Notes under the pieces: generated by a model
What the model saw: only the letters and a program-made list of their open reading frames with translations
What the model was told of the DNA's origin: nothing
The model's database searches: none
In this document: piece after piece, positions 53,942 to 64,000 of the stretch
How positions within the stretch are numbered: the first letter of the stretch is position 1
Layout of the letters: the number at the start of each line of letters is the position of its first letter
Position numbers and translations under genes: made by a program
NCBI GenBank assembly: GCA_963776755.1
Contig: CAVZNW010000002.1
Coordinates: 1,315,741-1,379,740 of the forward strand
Reading direction: 5' to 3'
From: an uncultured Acidobacteriota bacterium
GTDB taxonomy: Bacteria; Acidobacteriota; Thermoanaerobaculia; UBA5066; Gp7-AA6
DNA: 64,000 nucleotides

Positions 53942-54433
53942 GGCGCTGCGGCCGCCGGAGTCGCAGTCGCGCGTCTCGCCGGTCCTCCTCTGGGCGCTCG
54001 CGGCGGCTCTCGTCTTCCGGATCGTCACCGGGCGTGATGGACCGCGGACGGCGCGGACGGCACCGGGCTCGTCCGCTGGCAGCCCCGCGAGGACGCCGCG
54101 GCGCGCGCTCGCGAGCACGGGCAAGCCGATCCTCTACGACTTCACGGCCGCGTGGTGCGGGCCGTGCAAACTGCTCGACCGGGACTGGGAAGCATCCGAC
54201 GGTCGCGGCGACGGGTCAACGCGCTCGTACGTTCCCGTCCGCATCGTCGACCGGCAGCGCGAGGACGGCCAGCAACGCTCCCGGACGTGGCCGAGCTCCA
54301 GCGCCGCTACGAGATCGCGGGCTTCCCGACGCATCGTGGCCGCGGCGCCGGACGGCCGCCTGCTCGGAAAGCACGAGGGCTACGCGCGGTCGCGCCGGCT
54401 CGTGGCTTCCTCGATGAGCCCGGCCGCCCGTAG
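53928..54433 (+). CDS. Thioredoxin-fold protein (CGPC), membrane anchored
   Basis: MDRTEALRPPESQSRVSPVLLWALAAALVFRIVTG; GKPILYDFTAAWCGPCKLLDRDWE; LQRYEIAGFPT; APDGRLLGKHEGYA; ends ..FLDEPGRP* at 54433. Confidence 0.75.
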
Positions 54434-55373
54434 CCCGGGCCCTGTTCCTCGTCGTCCTCGTCGTCGTGGCCCGCGCCGAGCCCCCGTCCGGACGGAGACC
54501 GGACCGTTCTCCGTCGAGAGGCGCACGAGCGACGGGACCGTCGCCGAGCTCGATGCGGCTTGTGATCCTCGTCCCAGGCTGCGGCGGACGCCGGCGCAGG
54601 CCGTCGCCGCGGCACTGAAGGGCGAGTGCCCGAGCGACTCGACGACCGTCCCGTCCGGTAGCCGGCCGGGATCGCGAGGCTGACGGGCCCGTTGACGGCG
54701 CGCGCATCGAGCCCCTCGCCCGTCCAGCGAGTCGCCCGAGAGGGCGACGCGATCGGACCGTTCTCGTCTCGCATCTTCAGCTTGCCCCCGCCGCCGTCGA
54801 ACTCGATCGGGCCGTTCTGCGCTGCGAGCGTCGATGTCGCCCGCGCAGTCGCGCGACCGAGATCGGCCCGTTCTGCGTGCGGGCCACGACGCGGCCCGAG
54901 AGTCCCGAGCCAGGCCGATCGGCCCGTTGGAGGCCGAGATCTCGATGCGCCGCACCGCGCGGCGCGACGACGAGCAGGTAGCCGACCCAGTCCTCCGCCG
55001 CCCGAGGGGCCGCGCACCGAGAGGCGTCGCCGGAACGCTCGAGCGCGATGCGAGGAGAGTCCCCGCCTCCGTCGGCGCCCCTTGCAGGCCACGCACCTCG
55101 AAGTCGGCGCGGTCGGCGCCTCCCGAACCGGCACGCCGGAGTTGCGCGCCGACTCGACCTGGAGGCTGGCCCGCGGCACGGCGATCGTCGCTCTTGCGCC
55201 CGGGCGGCCGGCCGGTCGTCGAAGAGGACCCGACAGGTCGCTGCACCGTCGCGGAGTCGTGGCCGTCGCGGATCGAGACGTTCCGGTGTGCCGGTGGCCG
55301 GCCCGGGCGGCGGCGGCCGAGCAGCAGGAGCCGAAGTGGCCGCCGCCGAGGATCCGTCCGAGCGTGTCGTCAT
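54380..55373 (-). CDS. DUF4097-family beta-strand repeat protein (putative adhesin fold); 3' end uncertain
   Basis: Repeated NGPI/NGPV strands: RIEISASNGPIGL, RTQNGPISV, LAAQNGPIEFDGGGGKLKMRDENGPI, ARAVNGPVSLAIPAGY, RLSTENGPVSVRTG. GGAGG SD before ATG 55373. Confidence 0.65.
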
Positions 55374-55429
55374 GTCGACCTCCGCATCGGGATACGCCGG
55401 CGCCGGGCGGAGGTTACGCTCGGGCGGCC

Positions 55430-58400
55430 TCAGTCCTCGGCGACGCAGGACCGGTCCCGCCCGAGCCGCACGATCGGGCGACGCGCCGACCCCTCGGCCT
55501 CGCTCAGGGGCTTCTCCCACCAGTCGCCGTTGCTGCCCGCCGACTTCCGAGTAGCGGCCCGGACGGGACGACGCCGACCGAGCGGTTGCGGCCCGACTGC
55601 TTGGCGAGGTACATCGCCCGGTCCGCGAGCTTGAGGACCTCGGTGAACGCGAAGGTCCGCGTCGAGTCCGGGTACCAGGGAAACGGCGCCCAACCGACGG
55701 AGCAGGTGCGGCGGACCTTCTGGCCGCCGCCGAGGTCGAAGGGCTCGGACCCGACCGACTGCATGACGCGGCCGGCGAGAACGTCGCCCCGCGTGCGGTC
55801 GGCGTCGCGCGAGATCAGCAGAAACTCCTCGCCGCCCCAGCGGATCAGGCGATCCGAGTCGCGAACGACGCTGCGTCAGGCGCCGCGCCATCTCCGCCAG
55901 CACGCCGTCGCCGCGGTCGTGGCCGTACTCGTCGTTGATCTCCTTGAAGTGGTCGATGTCGACGATGTAGAAGATCAGGTCGCAGTTGCGCGGCCGGTTG
56001 GCCGGGCGGCGTCGAGTGGACGCGCAGCGTCCGGTTGACGTCGTCCTCGATCACCGTCGAGAAGAACCGGCGGTTGCGCGCGCCGGTCAGCGCGTCGGTG
56101 AACGACGCCTCGCGCAGCTCGCGGTTGGCCGCGGCGAGCTCGGCGCTGCGGGCCGCCACCGCCTCCTCCAGGCGCCGGCGCTCGGCTTCGAGGTGGCGCG
56201 TCCGCCAGCGGACGAACGCGACGAGGCCGCCGCCGCGACGACCAGGACCCAGAGAATCTCGCGCCCAGAGGCGTCTGCCACCACGCGGCCCGGACCTCGG
56301 AGCGGGAAGACGGCCGGCGTCACGGACACCTTGCCGTCGGCCGACGACGCAGAGCGACCTCGAAGCGGTACCTGCCGCGTCGGCAGCGCCGGGAAGCGGG
56401 CCTCGGTCAGCTCGGTCTCGGTGTACTGGTCGACGAGGCCCACCATGCGGTGCCGGTAGCGCACCTGGCGCGGCTCGATGAACGTCAGGCCCGCCCACGA
56501 CACGCTGAAGTTGCGCTCGCCGGGACCGAGCGACGCCCGGCCGTGGCGGATGAGCGGCCGCGTCTTCCGGCCGGCGACGTTCGTGATGACCACGATGGGC
56601 GGCGCGGCTCGGGCGCGGGCGTCGTCCCGGCCTGGAACCGGATGAGCCCGCGGCTCGAGCCGAGCCAGACGGTGCCGTCCGGCTCGGCGAAGAAGGCGTT
56701 CTGATCGAGGTCGTCGCTGATCATGCCGTCGGGCTTGCCGTAGCGCGCGGACGAGCGACCAGTCGGCGCCGAACACGTCGGCGCCCGAGCCCGTGCCGAT
56801 CCAGAGCGAGCCCGACGGCGTCGCGGCCCGATGAGGACGACCTTGTTCGACACCAGGCCCGTGGACACGTCGATCGGCACCGACCGTCAGGCGGTCGCCC
56901 TGGAGGATGACCTTGGCCGCGCCGATCGACTCGCGGTAGGCGATCACCGGCGCTGCCGTCCGCCGCGAAGGCGATGCGACGACAGGAAGTCCTCGCGAGG
57001 CCGTCCCGGTCGTGAACCGGCGGGGCGACGGCCCGTCAGCGCGCAGGATGCCCTGCCGGCTCGCGGCGTAGAGGGTGCCGGCCGGATCCTCGGCGAAGGC
57101 GCGGACGTTGTCGGGCGTCGTCGCTTCCCGATCACGACCCGCTCGAGCGGTCGCGCGCGCGACCCGGCCGGCAGCCGGTAGAGCCCCTCGACCGCGCCGA
57201 CCCAGACCTCCCCGTCCGGGCGCGCACGTGGATCGCCGCGACCCGGAACTGCTCGGGCGGAACGTCGTCCGGCGGCCAAGCGCCGGACCTTCCCGTCGGA
57301 GGAGAACTGCGTGACGCCGCCCGGCCAGGAGCCCGACCCAGAGGCTCCCGTCCTCGCCCGCGGCGAGCGCATTGACGGTGTTGCCGCCGAGGCCGTCGCG
57401 ACGTCCGGTACACGCGCACCTCCCCGGTCTGAGGGTCGATGCGGTCCAGCCCCTGCTCGGTGCCGACCCAGATCGGCCCCGGCCCGCCAGCGGGTCTTCT
57501 GGCCGCGCGATCGCCCAGACGACCTCCTGCGACAGGCCGTCGGCGCGCGTCCAGTTCGTGAACTGTCCGCGGCCCAGCGCGGCGGTCGAGGCCGCCGCCG
57601 AGCAGCCCGATCCAGAGCGAGCCCTCGCGATCCACGATCGCCGAGAGCGCAGCTTCGAGCGCGAGTCCCTCGCGGCGCCCGATCAGCCGCCACGGGCCGC
57701 CGGTCCCGCGAGGCGAGACCCTGCACGGTCGGGACGAGGATCTCGCCGCGCGTCGTCGAAGGCCGAGGCGGCCCGACCTCGCTCGACTCGGGCAGGCCCT
57801 CGTCGTCCCGCTCGAAGCGCTGAGCGCCCCGGGCAGAACGTAGAGGTGCTTGACGGTGCGAACCCAGAGCCGGCCCTGCGGCGATCCGTCTCGCACGTCG
57901 TCGATCGTCTCGTCGGAGGGAAGGCCCCGCGGCCGGCCGAACTCGACGGCCCGTCCCGACTCCTTGCGGTAGAGGAGGCCGCCGCGCGACGAAGTAGAGC
58001 GCGCCGCGGCGTCGACGTGCACCGCGGTCGACGGGGCCCTCGCCGAGCGCGTTGGCCTCCTTGTCGAACTCGTAACGGTCGTTCTTGCCGCAGTAGAGGC
58101 CCCGGTCGGTGCCGACGTAGATCGTGCCCGCCGAGTCCGACGCGAGGCCCTCGTGCCCGATCGCGAAGGTGCCGAGGCCCGTCCTTGCTCGCCGAGGACG
58201 ACGAAGCGTCCGTCCTGGTACCGCGCGAGGCCGGCGCCCGTCGCGACGTAGAGCCGGCCGTCGGCGGTCTCGTGGAGCTGGTAGATGCGCAGGCGCGGCA
58301 AGCCTCGTCGTGGCCGAACTTCCGGAAGCGACGGCCGTCGAAGCGAAAGAGCCCGTCGTCGGTGCCGACCCAGAGGAAGCCGACCTGGTCCTGGATGACG

Positions 58401-58574
58401 CACTCGACCGAACGGTCCTCGAGCCCCTCCTCCTGCGCGTACGTCCGGAACTGAAGCGCCCCTCGAAGGGCGCGCAGCCCCGGACGGCCGCGGGAGCGGC
58501 GGCGAGCGAGGCGGGCCGCCGTCGAGACAGGCCGAGGCGACGCCGGCGCGAAGCGCCGATCGCGAAGTGCGCAC
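55430..58574 (-). CDS. Sensor diguanylate cyclase: beta-propeller (Reg_prop) repeats + Y_Y_Y domain + TM + GGDEF
   Basis: Propeller: VECVIQDQVGFLWVGTDDGLFRFDGRRF, IYQLHETADGRLYVATGAGLARYQDGRF, EGSLWIGLLGGGL, GPIWVGTEQGLDRIDPQTGEV. Y_Y_Y: FSVSWAGLTFIEPRQVRYRHRMVGL. GGDEF: FTDALTGARNRRFF, FYIVDIDHFKEINDEYGH, DRLIRWGGEEFLLI (GGEEF), LKLADRAMYLAKQSGRN. Confidence 0.8.
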
Positions 58575-58612
58575 GACTGTCGTCTCGAGGATTTCGGCAC
58601 GTTGAGCGCGCG

Positions 58613-61562
58613 CTAGGGAACTTCCGTCACATTATCGGGAGTCTCCGCGCGCCGCTCGCGTCCGGGGCACCGGTCGCCGAGAAACGGACCGGTGACGCTC
58701 TTCGCGGTTGCGCCGGAGGTCGGCGGGCGTGCCCTCGGCGATGAGGCGGCCGCCCTCGCTGCCGCCACCGGGCCCGAGCTCGACGATCCAGTCGGAGGCC
58801 TCGAGGAAGCCGAGGTGGTGCTCGACGGCGAGCATCGAGTGGCCGCGCGCGATCGAGTCGGCGCAGCGTCGCCAGGAGCCGATCGACGTCGCGCGCGTGC
58901 AGGCCGGTCGTCGGCTCGTCGAAGAGAAAGAGCGCGCCGCGCGAGGCCGCCGGCCGGATTCCGAGAAAGGCCGCGAGCTTCAGGCGCTGGGCCTCTCCGC
59001 CCGAGAGCGTGGCCGTCGGCTGGCCCAGCCGCACGTAGCCGAGGCCCGCCTCGAGCAGCGGCTCGAGGCGCCGCACGATCTTCTCCTCCGCCGGCGAAGA
59101 ACGCGGCCGCGTCCGTCGACCGTCATGTCGAGCACGTCGTCGATGTTCTTGCCGCGCAGGCGCACGCGCGAGCACGCGGGCCTGGAATCGCCGGCCGTCG
59201 CAGACGTCGCAGCGCACCGTCACGTCGGCCAGGAACTGCATGTCGATGGTCTGCCAGCCCGTCCCGCGGCAGGCCTCGCAGCGGCCGCCCGACGGAGTTG
59301 AAGGAGAAATCGCGCGCCGTGACGCCGCGCGATGACGGCACGGCGCCGAGCGGGCGAACAGCCTGCCGGATCTCGTCCCAGGCCTTCGTGTAGGTCACCG
59401 GGTTCGAGCGGGCGGAGCGGCCGAGGGGACTCTGGTCGACGAGCAGCAGGTCCGAGATCGCGCTCGAGGCCGTCGATGCGGTCGTGCTCCCCGACCTCGA
59501 ACTGGGCCGAGCCCCTTGACCCGCCGGGCGTAGGCGTTGTGCAGGATGTCCCGCACGAGCGTCGACTTGCCCGAGCCGGACACGCCGGCCAGAGCGACGA
59601 GGCGTCCGAGCGGCACGCGCACGGTCAGGTTCTGCAGGTTGTGCTGCGCGCGCGCCGACGATCGTGAGCGCGCCCTCGGCGCGGCGGAAGGGAACGACGC
59701 GCCGTCGAGATCGGCGGTCGCCCGTCGCTGACCGCTTCCGGGACCTGCCGCCCGCCTCCGGCGCTCCGGCCGCCGCGCAGCAGCTCGCCCGTCGCCGAGC
59801 CCTTCGACCCGCGCGAGCGCGCGCGGCGTTCCCGGCGAAGAGCACGCTGGCCGCCGCAGACTGCCCGCGTCCGGACCCGAGGTCGATCACGTGGTCCGCC
59901 GCCTCGATCGCCTCGGGATCGTGCTCGACGACGACGACCGTGTTGCCGCGGTCCGCGAGCCGCCGAAGGATCGCGAGCAGCCGCCGCGTGTCCACGGCGT
60001 GCAGGCCGATCGTCGGCTCGTCGAGCACGTAGAGCGTCCCGGTCAGCGCGCCGCCGAGGGCCGAGGCGAGGCCGATGCGCTGCGACTCGCCGCCGGAGAG
60101 CGTCCGGGCCGGCGCGCGAGAGCGTCAGGTAGTCCGAGCCCCACGTCGTTCATGTAGCGCACGCGGGCGCCGCATCTCCGCGAGCGACCGAGGAGAGCCG
60201 CTCCTGCTCGGCCGGCGTCGAGAGCGCGAGCTCGTCGAAGAACCGCTGCAGCTCCGACAGCGGCAGGTCCGCGAGCTCCGCGATCGTCCGGCCGCGGAAC
60301 CGCACCCAGAGCGCGGGCGGCGCGAGGCGCGCGCCCCGGCAGGCGTCGCAGAGCGTGTACGCCCGGTACCGCGCCAGCAGCACGCGCACGTGGATCTTGT
60401 AGCGCTTGGTCTCCAGCCAGTCGAAGAAGCCCCTGCACGCCGTAGAAGTCGCCGCGGCCCTGGATCAGGATCTCGCGCTCGTGCGCGGAGAGACGCGAGA
60501 CGGGCACGTCCGTGCGAACGGAATAGCGGCGGCAGGCGCGGAAGAGGTCGTCGTAGGCGGACTCGTACGCCGGCGTGTTCCAGGGGGCGACCGGGCGCTC
60601 GGCGAGCGTCAGGCTGCGGTCGGGGATCGCCTTCTCGAGATCGACGCCGATGACGCGCCCGAACCCCTGGCAGGCCGGGCACGCGCCGAGCGGCGAGTTG
60701 AAGGCGAAGAGCGGCGGCGTCGGGTCCCGGAACTCGCGGCCGCAGTTCGGGCAGTGGAGACCGCGGCGAAACGTGCGCACGCGTCGACTCGATCCGGGCC
60801 TCGAGCGATGCCGGCGAGCGCGAACGCCATCTCCGCCGCGGACGCGATCTCGGGCGCGACGGCGTCGCCGACGACGAAGCGGCCGACCACGAGGCGCAAG
60901 CCGCCCCTCTCCGTCCAGGAGCGGCGCCACGTCGTCGCCGATCTCGACGGTCTCCCCGTCGGGCGAAACGGCCCGGAAGAAGCCGGCCCGCCGGTACTCG
61001 GCGATCCGGGCGGCGTCGCTCGGGCCGCGCTTGCGGCGGCCTCCCGACGGCGGCGGCCGGCGTCCCTCCAGGGGATCGGGGCCACCAGCGTCGCGCGCGC
61101 CCGGTCCTCGGCGGCGCAGAGCTCCTCGACCGCCCGGTCCACGCCCGCCCGGCACGGCCGCCGCGCCGCAGTCGGGGCAGGACGTCGTTGCCGCCGTGCG
61201 CGAAGAGCAGCCGCAGAGCGTCGTGGATCTCGGTCTGCGTCCCCACCGTCGACCGGGCGTTGCGGACGCCGTTCTTCTGCTCGAGCGCGATCGCCGGCGG
61301 CACGGGCTCGATCGAATCGACGTCGGGCCGGTCGAGCCGCTCCAGGAACTGCCGGGCGTAGGTCGAGAGCGACTCCGCGTACCGGCGCTGCCCCTCGGCG
61401 TAGAGCGTGTCGAAGGCGAGCGACGACTTGCCGGAGCCGGACACGCCCGTGATGACGGTCAGCCGCCCGAGCGGGATGTCGACCGAGACGTTCTTCAGGT
61501 TGTGGGTCCGCGCGCCGCGGATGCGGATGGCAGACGGGCGAGTGGCTCGCGGGATTCTTCAT
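58613..61562 (-). CDS. uvrA: UvrA-family excinuclease ABC subunit A (appears divergent from canonical UvrA)
   Basis: [108 protein letters not shown]; [34 protein letters not shown]; [41 protein letters not shown]; [28 protein letters not shown]; [16 protein letters not shown]; [20 protein letters not shown]; [25 protein letters not shown]. Confidence 0.85.
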
Positions 61563-61572
61563 CAAACCGGCG

Positions 61573-61581
61573 AATCTATCA
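61573..61581 (-). promoter_or_regulatory. Extended -10 (TGaTAGATT) 10 nt upstream of the uvrA ATG
   Basis: Minus strand reads ccTGATAGATTcgccggtttgATGaag. Confidence 0.35.
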
Positions 61582-63985
61582 GGAACGGGCGGCCGGACGC
61601 CCGCTCCGGGGCGGCCTACCGCGTCCCGGACGAGCCGCCGCCGTGCGCCGAACATCGTCGTCGGCGCCGTCCCCTCGATGAACACTTCCGTCATCGTGCT
61701 GAGGGCATGCCGGCGCCGGCGAGAAAGCCCGTCGTCCGGATCGATCTCCGCCGTCACGATGTCGGAGGGCACCGGGAACGGCTCCGCGAAGTACTGCGCC
61801 GGCACCGCGCGCGAGAAGTCCGCGAAGATCGGCACGGCGGCCTGCGTCCCCGAGAGGTTCAGGCCGCGGTTGTCGTCGTAGCCGACCCAGACCGCCGGCG
61901 AGGAAACGCGGCGAGAAACCGACGAACCAGGCGTCGCGGCCGTCGTTGGTCGTGCCGGTCTTGCCGGCCAGCATGCCGCGTCAGGCCCTGCCGCGCGCGC
62001 CGGCGCCCGTCCCGCGAGTCGACCGCGCCCTGCAGGATCGAGTTGACGAGGAATACGGCGTCGGCCGGCAGGGCCGGCGAGAGCGCGGTCGCCTTGCGGT
62101 CGAGGACGCGGCCGTCGCCCGTCATCACGCCCGACGATCGCATTCGGCGCCACGCGGACGCCGCTGTTCGCGAAGCGCGCCGTAGGCCCCGGCGATCTCC
62201 ATCGGCGAGATCTCGAAGGCGCCGAGGGCGACCGACGGATAGCCGCGCAGGCGCGAGGCGATCGCCCGCGTCCCGCGCCGCCGCCGAGCACGTACGGCGA
62301 GCCCCGCCTGCAGCGACACGCGCACGGTCGGGATGTTGATCGAGCGCTCGAGCGCCTGGCGCGCCGACATCGGCCCGCGGTAGTCGTTGTCGTAGTTGCG
62401 CGGCGTCCACATCTCCTCGTCGGTCTTCTGTGCCCCACTCGACGGTGATCGGCGAGTCCATCAGGATCGTCGCGGGCGTGACCGGAGGATCGAGGTCGCG
62501 GCGCGCGAAGGCCGCCAGGTAGACGAACGGCTTGAACAGACTGCCCGGCTGGCGGTGCGCCTGCGTGACGCGGTTGAACTGCGAGAGCCGGTAGTCGCGG
62601 CCGCCGACGAGCGCGCGCACGCCGCCGGTCTGGGGCTCGAGGACGATGAGCGCGCCCTGGAGCGGCGCCTCCTTCGACGCCGAGGCGAGCCGCCGGTACG
62701 TCTTCTCGAGCGTTCTCGAGCCCCTGGGTCACGGCTCGCTGCGCCGCCTGCTGCAGGTCCACGTCGAGCGTCGTGTAGATCTGCAGGCCCTCGGTCTGGA
62801 GCTTCTCGCCGTAGCGCTCGGCGAGCTCGCTCTTGACGAAGTCGACGAAGTGCGGCGCGCGGGTCCGCTCCTCGACTCGCGGCTTCGGCGTGATCGGCTC
62901 CGCCATCGCCTGCCGCAGCGCCGCCTCGTCGATCTTCCCCTCCTCGCTGCATCAGGCGCAGGATGAGGTCGCGGCGCTGCGCGCGTGCGCTCGGGGTTGC
63001 GGAACGGGCGAGTAGGCGTTGGGGGCGCGGATCATCCCGGCGAGCGTCGCGGACTCGGCGAGGTCGAGGTCCGAGACCTCCTTGCCGAAGTAGTAGCGCG
63101 CCGCCTCCCCGACGCCGGTGATCGCGATCGACGCCGCGCCGGCCGAGGTAGATCTCGTTCAGGTACGCCTCGAGGATCTCGTCCTTCGAGTAGCGCGCGT
63201 CCAGGATCGACGGCCATGACCGCCTCGACGGCCTTGCGGCGCAGCGTCCGCTCCGGCGACAGGTAGAGGTTCTTGACGAGCTGCTGCGTCAGCGTCGAGC
63301 CGCCCTGCTTCATCCCGCCCGTCAGCGTCGCGAAGACCGGCCCCGAAGAGGCGCCGCACCGAGACGCCCGCTGTGGCGGTAGAAGTCGCGGTCCTCGGTC
63401 ACGAGCACGGCGTCGACGAGCGATCGGCGGCACGTCGGCGAGCCGGATGACGGTGCGATCCTCGAGCTCGCGCCGAGAAGACCGAGCCGAGCAGCTCCGG
63501 CTCGAGGATCAGGGCCGGAACGCTCTGGCCCGACGCGTCGACGATCGACTTGACGCGCCGGCCCGGACAGGATCAGCTCGACGCGCAGGCCCGAGAAAGT
63601 CTGCCCCGGGTAGCGGAAGCCGCCGCGTGTGGATCTCGAACGCGTCCTTCTCGCGTCGGTAGTGGCCGGGCCGCTCGGGCGCGTCGTCGACGGCCTGGTA
63701 GTAGAGGCGCGAGAGCTTGGCCGGCAGGTCGCGACGCCGTCACCGCGTCGCCGGGCCGCAGCACGTACAGGTCCGAGTAGATGCGCGACGGCAGATTCCA
63801 CCGCCGCCCGTCGAAGCGCTGGACGACGCGCGTCGTGAAGTAGCCGCGAGCACCAGCACGCCCGCGAGCAGCAACCCGCCGAACACGGCGAGGATCGGCA
63901 GCCGGTGCCGGTACACCCAGAGCGGAAGCGAGACCAGGCGCGCGGGCGGCGGCGCGGATTCCTCGAAGTCCACGGCCGTGAGCAT
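61579..63985 (-). CDS. mrcA: Class A penicillin-binding protein (PBP1A: glycosyltransferase + transpeptidase); 3' end approximate
   Basis: TM: [32 protein letters not shown]51: [78 protein letters not shown]: [24 protein letters not shown] (SxxK), [29 protein letters not shown] (KTG), [15 protein letters not shown]. Confidence 0.85.
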
Positions 63986-64000
63986 ACCGCCGCGCCTCGC

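Overview
This is a very GC-rich bacterial chromosome segment (about 70 percent GC by eye, not computed). It carries about 55 densely packed protein genes. The content fits a diderm environmental lineage: Tat, Mla, an LpxH-like gene, a GldA/F/G-type ABC system, and many TPR, FG-GAP and multihaem proteins. It looks Acidobacteriota- or Myxococcota-like, but I cannot assign a lineage from sequence alone. I saw no rRNA, tRNA, CRISPR array, transposase, integrase or phage gene.

Technical caveat: almost every conserved gene is split across two or three frames by frequent 1-2 nt indels. The CDS coordinates are therefore homology-guided merges of ORF-track fragments, and several termini are approximate. 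Two stretches are conspicuously unbroken: a 1.29 kb Rieske oxygenase ORF and about 2.2 kb of a regulator gene.

Recognised genes, in order:
- tatC, tatA, an S41 protease, an orphan Rieske oxygenase, a secreted protein with four Ig-like repeats
- nrdR, hsp20, lon, thiL
- a TMTC-like TPR protein, sdaAA and sdaAB
- a giant (about 1300 aa) sigma-54 activator, aroA, an lpxH-like gene
- a membrane pentahaem-TPR protein and three FG-GAP/UnbV (CRTAC1-like) paralogs, which flank a small accessory islet
- a macro-domain protein, apbC, plsC, mlaEFD, three UDP-sugar genes
- a ferredoxin, a cytochrome c, an AAA+ ATPase, a pentapeptide-repeat protein
- two ABC-2 systems, a propeller-sensor diguanylate cyclase, uvrA and a class A PBP

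Most interesting observations:
- The cytochrome/TPR/FG-GAP module has a Rosetta-stone fused paralog.
- The regulator has an unusual architecture and an in-frame TAG.
- Twelve operon-leading genes show a leaderless -10 box arrangement.
- Two perfect palindromes overlap promoters.
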